DNA of 64,000 bases from Candidatus Latescibacterota bacterium (GTDB lineage Bacteria; Latescibacterota; UBA2968; UBA8231). Under the pieces are notes generated by a model that ran no database searches, was not told the origin of the DNA, and worked only from the letters and a program-made list of their open reading frames with translations. Position 1 is the first letter of the stretch. The number at the start of each line of letters is the position of its first letter. The stretch lies in contig OZ252098.1 of assembly GCA_965248355.1 (NCBI GenBank), positions 3,264,001 through 3,328,000 of the forward strand, read 5' to 3'. Of the stretch, positions 59,522 to 64,000 are shown in pieces. Position numbers and translations under genes: made by a program.

Positions 59522-60536
59522 GGGATTGATCCTGGAGGAGGAGGTGATGTTGGCGCCGGAGCTGACGGCGCAACTCGGCGGTCAGAGGATCCGCGCTGAG
59601 GGGCACGGTCAGCTTGCGCGCCAGGGGAGGGGGAAGGACGGCGCCGTCCCGGCGCCCCGCCAGGAGAAGGTGGAAGATCAGGTGGTGCCCGTCGAGGGAG
59701 AACCGCGAGCCCTCGTCGAGGCCGCAGCCTTCGAGGCTGCCGGGGTCGAGCAGGCTCGTCTCCGGCGGCCCTTCGGCGTCGGCGATCGAAGTATACTGAA
59801 CGGCTCTTCGAGGGGTCCAGTCCCAGCCGATCTTGGACAGTTCGATGAAAGTCAGGCGGCCGCCGCCGCCATCGACGACGACATTGCCGGGCTGGTAGTC
59901 GGTGGTCCCGAGCCTCGGGGGAAGCCGCGCCAGGCGCCCGTGCAGCCGCCGCAGGAGCCCCTCGAGCGCCCGGGAACCGCCGCGGATCCCGAACAAGGCC
60001 CGCAGAACGGTGACGGCTTCCTCTCCCGCCTGCTCCCAGGCGCGCCCCAGGTCCCTGCGAGAAGCCCCGGGGGCCACGCGGCCTTCCCACTCGGGGCCCG
60101 CCAGGGCGCTCTCGATACACCCGATCCCTGACCAGATCTTCGCCAGCCACCGGCGGCGGGTGGCCGGATCCGTCTCCAGGGGCAGGGCCTCTGCGAGAGT
60201 GCGCGGACCGGCGTTCTCGAGGAGGACGATCTGGGATCCGGGATCGGCCCCGAAAGCGACGGGCACCGGGCAACCGCGCCGGCGGAGGTGGCGCAGGACC
60301 TCTACCTCCAGGCGGACCAGGTCGTAGGGCTCGCCGCGCGTCAGCAGTCCGTGGAGCTGCTGCTTGGCCACGACCCACCCCCCGTCCGACAGCTCCAGGC
60401 GCCAGACGTCGACGGCAATCCGGTGGATGGCGGCGACCGCGGGGAACCCGGGAACGAGCCCGGGAACGACCTCCCGCAGCCGGTCGTGGACCGCGGCCGT
60501 CCACTGCGCGTCCGAGGGCGGCGCGCAGCCGGCCAC
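59511..60536 (-). CDS. APH/choline-kinase-like phosphotransferase-fold protein
   Basis: VVAKQ, EVEVL, PVPVA, LLENAG, TTDYQPGNVVV and FIELS. Confidence 0.6.
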   Translation of the reverse strand: MAGCAPPSDAQWTAAVHDRLREVVPGLVPGFPAVAAIHRIAVDVWRLELSDGGWVVAKQQLHGLLTRGEPYDLVRLEVEVLRHLRRRGCPVPVAFGADPGSQIVLLENAGPRTLAEALPLETDPATRRRWLAKIWSGIGCIESALAGPEWEGRVAPGASRRDLGRAWEQAGEEAVTVLRALFGIRGGSRALEGLLRRLHGRLARLPPRLGTTDYQPGNVVVDGGGGRLTFIELSKIGWDWTPRRAVQYTSIADAEGPPETSLLDPGSLEGCGLDEGSRFSLDGHHLIFHLLLAGRRDGAVLPPPLARKLTVPLSADPLTAELRRQLRRQHHLLLQDQSRER

Positions 60537-60904
60537 TAATCGAAGAGGATGACCTGAGCGACCACCTTGCCGGCCTGACAGTTGTGGCCGGGATGGTCGT
60601 TCATGGCGAGGAACAGGGTACCGCCGCAGCCGGCCAGGGTGTCGCAGCGGCTGCCGACGGCAAAGGCCGGGCCGTCGCCGATGCGGGCGATGAGGGCGCC
60701 CACGTTGGCCCCGGGAAGCAGGTAGCCCTCGCCAGCGGCCTGGTTGTAAACCCCGTCGGCTCCGCACCAGACGATCTGATCGCGCATGTCGGGGGACCAG
60801 GTCTCCTCGACGTCGAAGACGATGCGCTGCCCCTCGCGGATGGAGATGAGGGTGTCCTGCCAGGTGGGACTGGGACGCACGGTCCGCAGAATGGTCAATG
60901 CCAT
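60536..60904 (-). CDS. Small beta-sandwich protein, possibly LecA/PA-IL-like
   Basis: WQDT, GALIARIG, FAVG and LFLAMND; upstream TTGCTC-17-TAGCCT (60941-60913). Confidence 0.55.
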   Translation of the reverse strand: MALTILRTVRPSPTWQDTLISIREGQRIVFDVEETWSPDMRDQIVWCGADGVYNQAAGEGYLLPGANVGALIARIGDGPAFAVGSRCDTLAGCGGTLFLAMNDHPGHNCQAGKVVAQVILFD

Positions 60905-60941
60905 GACGGGCTAGGCTAACCGATTCCGGTCACCGGAGCAA

Positions 60942-62021
60942 TCAATCGAGCTCGGGTCCCAGCCGCAGGGAATGGGTCTTCATCAGACAGAACACCGGCT
61001 GCCCCGGGGCGAGGCCCAGCTCCTCCACGGCCTCGGGAGTGACCTTGGCCGCGATGCGGTGGCCCACGTCGATGTAGACCAACCGCGTGGCGCCGACCTC
61101 GGCGATCTCCGTGACCTTCCCGGCCAGGGCGTTGCGCACGCTCAGCCCTTCGGGCGCCATCCTCGTGAGGATGACATCGTCGGCCCGCAGTCCGACGAAC
61201 AACCGCGTGCCCACGGGCCGGTCGCAGTAGGGGATGCGCAGATCCTGGCCGGCGCAGCGCGCCCGGCAGACCCCGGTGGCTTGATCGCTGGCCGCGATCT
61301 CCACGGGCAGAACGTTCTCGAACCCGAACTCGTCGACCAGGGGCAGCACCTGCGGGTCGGAGGCGATCCGGAAGAAGTCGCCGTGGGCGATGGCGCGGCC
61401 CTGGTCCAGGACGATCACCTGGTTCGTCAACTCCAGGATCTCCGCCACGGAGTGGCTGACGTAGAGAACCGGGATGCCGAGGTCGGAGCGCACGTGGCGC
61501 AGGTAGGGGATGATGCGGCTCTTGAGCCCCTGGTCGAGGGAGGCCAGGGGCTCGTCCATCAGCAGCAGCCGGGGGGAGGCCAGCAGGGCCCGCCCCAAGG
61601 CCACGCGCTGCCGCTCCCCGCCGGACAGATTCCGCGGCCGGCGCTCGAGCAGCGGGCCGATCTCGAGCAACTCGGCGATCCGCCCCGGCTCGAAGCGCCG
61701 CTCCGCCGCCGGCAGCAGGTCGTAGCCGAAGCGCAGGTTGTCGCCCACGCTCAGGTGCGGGAACAGCAGGTCCTGCTGGAAGACGTAGCCCAGCCGTCTC
61801 GCTTCGGGCGGCAGGTCGATGCCTTCCGCGGCGTCGTAGAGGACCTCGCCGTCCAGCTCGACGCGGCCCTCCTCCGGCCGCAGCAGGCCGGCGACCATGT
61901 CGAGGAGCGAGGTCTTGCCGCTCCCGGAGCGGCCGAAGACCGCGGTCACGGCCGCGGAGCAGCCGAGGTCGACGTCGAACTCGAAGGCGCCCAGGCGGCG
62001 GCGAAGGCGCAGGGTCAGCAC
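60942..62021 (-). CDS. modC: Molybdate ABC transporter ATP-binding protein
   Basis: GRSGSGKTS, LFPHLSV, LSGGERQRVALGRAL and C-terminal TOBE SVRN. Confidence 0.94.
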   Translation of the reverse strand: MLTLRLRRRLGAFEFDVDLGCSAAVTAVFGRSGSGKTSLLDMVAGLLRPEEGRVELDGEVLYDAAEGIDLPPEARRLGYVFQQDLLFPHLSVGDNLRFGYDLLPAAERRFEPGRIAELLEIGPLLERRPRNLSGGERQRVALGRALLASPRLLLMDEPLASLDQGLKSRIIPYLRHVRSDLGIPVLYVSHSVAEILELTNQVIVLDQGRAIAHGDFFRIASDPQVLPLVDEFGFENVLPVEIAASDQATGVCRARCAGQDLRIPYCDRPVGTRLFVGLRADDVILTRMAPEGLSVRNALAGKVTEIAEVGATRLVYIDVGHRIAAKVTPEAVEELGLAPGQPVFCLMKTHSLRLGPELD

Positions 62022-62025
62022 GGCA

Positions 62026-62700
62026 TCACCCGCGCTTCCTCCGGCGCGCCGCCCACTCGCTGGCCAGCAGCGCCGCCAGCGACACGGCCACGGAGACCCC
62101 CACCAGGCGGAGGGCGGCCTCCTCGCCCCCGGGCTGGTTGAGGCTGGTGTAGATGGCCAGCGGGATCGTGCGCGTCTGACCGGGGATGTTGGCCACGAAG
62201 GTGATGGTGGCCCCGAACTCGCCGAGACTGCGGGCGAAGGCGAGCAGAGCGCCCACCCAGAGCCCGGAGGCGGCGAGGGGCAGGGTGACGGTGAAGAAGG
62301 CCCGCACCGGCCCCGCACCGAGGGTGCGCGCCACACCCTCCAGGCGCGGGTCCACGTCCTCGATGGCGAGGCGAACGGCTCGCAGGGACAGGGGAAAGGC
62401 GACCACCGCCGAGGCCAGGGCGGCCCCCTTCCAGTCGAAGACAAGGGACAGTCCGAGGCCGTCCAGCAGCGGCCCGAGGAGCCCCCGCCTGCCGAACAAC
62501 CGCAGCAGCAGGTACCCCGTGACCACGGGCGGCAGCACCAGGGGCAGGTGGCACAGACCGTCCAGGAGGAACTTGCCCGGGAAGTCGCGCCGGGCCAGCA
62601 GCCATCCCAGGGCGACGGCCGGCGGCAGGCTCGCCAGGACGCAGGCCACGGCGACGCGCAGGGACAGGCCCAGCACCTCCCACTCCTGGGGTGTGAGCAA
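62026..62700 (-). CDS. modB: Molybdate ABC transporter permease
   Basis: LPLVLPPVVTGY, FARSLGEFGATI and TIPLAIY. Confidence 0.95.
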   Translation of the reverse strand: MLTPQEWEVLGLSLRVAVACVLASLPPAVALGWLLARRDFPGKFLLDGLCHLPLVLPPVVTGYLLLRLFGRRGLLGPLLDGLGLSLVFDWKGAALASAVVAFPLSLRAVRLAIEDVDPRLEGVARTLGAGPVRAFFTVTLPLAASGLWVGALLAFARSLGEFGATITFVANIPGQTRTIPLAIYTSLNQPGGEEAALRLVGVSVAVSLAALLASEWAARRRKRG

Positions 62701-62703
62701 GGG

Positions 62704-63519
62704 CTACTCCACTGGCGGCGGAGGGTCCACCGGGGCGGCGAGCACGGTGAAGCCGTGACGGCGGAAGACCTCCGCCGCCTCTCTCGACCGCAGCCGATTC
62801 ACGAGGTGCCGCACGGCCGGGGAGTCGCGGCCGGCGACCACGGCCGCGGGATAGCGGATCGGCGCGTGCAGACTGTCCGCCAGCTCGGCCGCGACCCGCA
62901 CCCGCCGGCTGACGGCCGCGTCGGTGGCGTAGACGACGCCGGCCTCACACTCGCCCCGCTCGACGTAGAGGAGGGCGGCGCGCACGTCGGGGGCCGGCGC
63001 GAGACGGTGCTCCAGGGCCGGCCACCAGCCGAGCGCCCGCAGCGCCTGGCGGGCGTAGATCCCGGCCGGGACGTGGGCGGGATCGCCCATGGCCAGGCGC
63101 CCGCTCAAGGCCCCGGCCAGATCGAATCCGGGCGCCGGCTGAACCTCGAGGCCGCTCCCCGCCGGCGTGACGACCACCAGGCGGTTGGCGAGCAGGTCGA
63201 AGCGTGTCGCGGCGTCGATGCGCCCCCTTTCCTGCAGGTAGTCCATCCACTGCGGACTGGCGGACAGGTAGAGATCGACGGGGGCGCCGGCGTCGATCTG
63301 CCGCGCCAGGGCCGAGGAGCCGGCGAAGGAAAGCCGCAGCTGCGGGAAGCGGTGGCGCGGGAGGATCTCGGTGAGGACGCTGGTCAGGCTCGCGGCGGCG
63401 AAGAGGCCGAGGGACGTACCGCCCGGAGAGGACTCCTCCGCCCGCGGTCCGGCGGCGGTCAGGTGGAGAGTGGCGGCGACGAGGCAGAGGGCCGGCGGCG
63501 ACCGGCGCGGAACGGTCAC
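62704..63519 (-). CDS. modA: Molybdate-binding periplasmic protein
   Basis: FAAASLT, SSALARQI, VPAGIYA, DVRAAL, VYATDA and IRYP. Confidence 0.94.
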   Translation of the reverse strand: MTVPRRSPPALCLVAATLHLTAAGPRAEESSPGGTSLGLFAAASLTSVLTEILPRHRFPQLRLSFAGSSALARQIDAGAPVDLYLSASPQWMDYLQERGRIDAATRFDLLANRLVVVTPAGSGLEVQPAPGFDLAGALSGRLAMGDPAHVPAGIYARQALRALGWWPALEHRLAPAPDVRAALLYVERGECEAGVVYATDAAVSRRVRVAAELADSLHAPIRYPAAVVAGRDSPAVRHLVNRLRSREAAEVFRRHGFTVLAAPVDPPPPVE

Positions 63520-63622
63520 GGGTTCTCCGGGCGAGGGGATTCCACGGGCCCGGCAGAGATTGCGGCCCTCGACCGGAAGCGTCAATGGCCGGGGCCACCC
63601 GCCCGCCCTACCTTCCCGCCGC

Positions 63623-64000
63623 ATGGCACCCGGACCACTCGACTCCCTCGACCTCCTCACGCGGATGCTGCAGATCCCCTGCCCTTCCGGCCGCGAGGAG
63701 CGCATGGCGGCCTTCCTGGCAGGGGAGCTGACCGCCCTCGGCGGCGAGCCCCGCCAGGACGGCCAGGGCAATCTCTGGGTCGAAGTCGCCGGCCGCGAGC
63801 CCGGCCCCGGCGTGGCCATCGCCAGTCACACCGACGAGATCGCCATGGTCGTCACCGGGGTGGAGGCCGATGGCACGCTCCGCGTCCAACGCTCCGGCGG
63901 TCTCTACCCGTTCAAGCTCGGCGAGGGGCCGGTGGTCCTGGTTGGCGATGGCCGGGACGTGCCCGCCCACCTGAGCTTCGGCTCCGGCCACACCAGCGAC
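63623..64000 (+). CDS. M42/M20 family metallopeptidase, 5' part (runs off the window; not in the ORF track)
   Basis: Own translation from ATG 63623: MAPGPLDSLDLLTRMLQIPCPSGREE...DGQGNL...SHTDEIAMVV...GTLRVQRSGG. Confidence 0.85.
   Translation, partial: MAPGPLDSLDLLTRMLQIPCPSGREERMAAFLAGELTALGGEPRQDGQGNLWVEVAGREPGPGVAIASHTDEIAMVVTGVEADGTLRVQRSGGLYPFKLGEGPVVLVGDGRDVPAHLSFGSGHTSD

Noticed and set aside
63520..63622. Moco riboswitch or ModE box upstream of modA
   Set aside because: The region is short; only a weak TTGACG-17-CAATCT promoter and a small GC hairpin are visible.

Overview
High-GC bacterial DNA, almost fully coding. The gene content (FlgD-Ig-like and TWGxLK C-terminal tails, Calx-beta/autotransporter-like protein, ankyrin protein, PhyH dioxygenase) resembles Latescibacterota/Gemmatimonadota-like, possibly sponge-associated lineages; this is inference. 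Positions 1-14.7 kb are accessory. They hold an S8 peptidase/IPT-repeat gene split by an intact IS5-family element and also frameshifted, msrP, an ankyrin gene, and a PAS kinase plus sigma-54 activator followed by enhancer-like palindromes, a -24/-12 promoter and a decayed surface-protein gene. The rest is mostly housekeeping: rluD-lspA-dksA-ileS-yggT-yggS-secDF-apbE-polyprenyl synthase, glcDE, map, dnaE, dut, a xanthine-dehydrogenase-family operon, an RND pump, rfbB/ugd, tatD, argC and modABC. The best leads are a GT2 resembling the animal queuosine-tRNA galactosyltransferase, a complete sigma-54 circuit, an HRLG (Asp-less) pseudouridine synthase and an uncharacterised four-gene operon. No tRNA, rRNA or CRISPR array was seen. 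All family calls come from motifs read by eye; no database searches were run.
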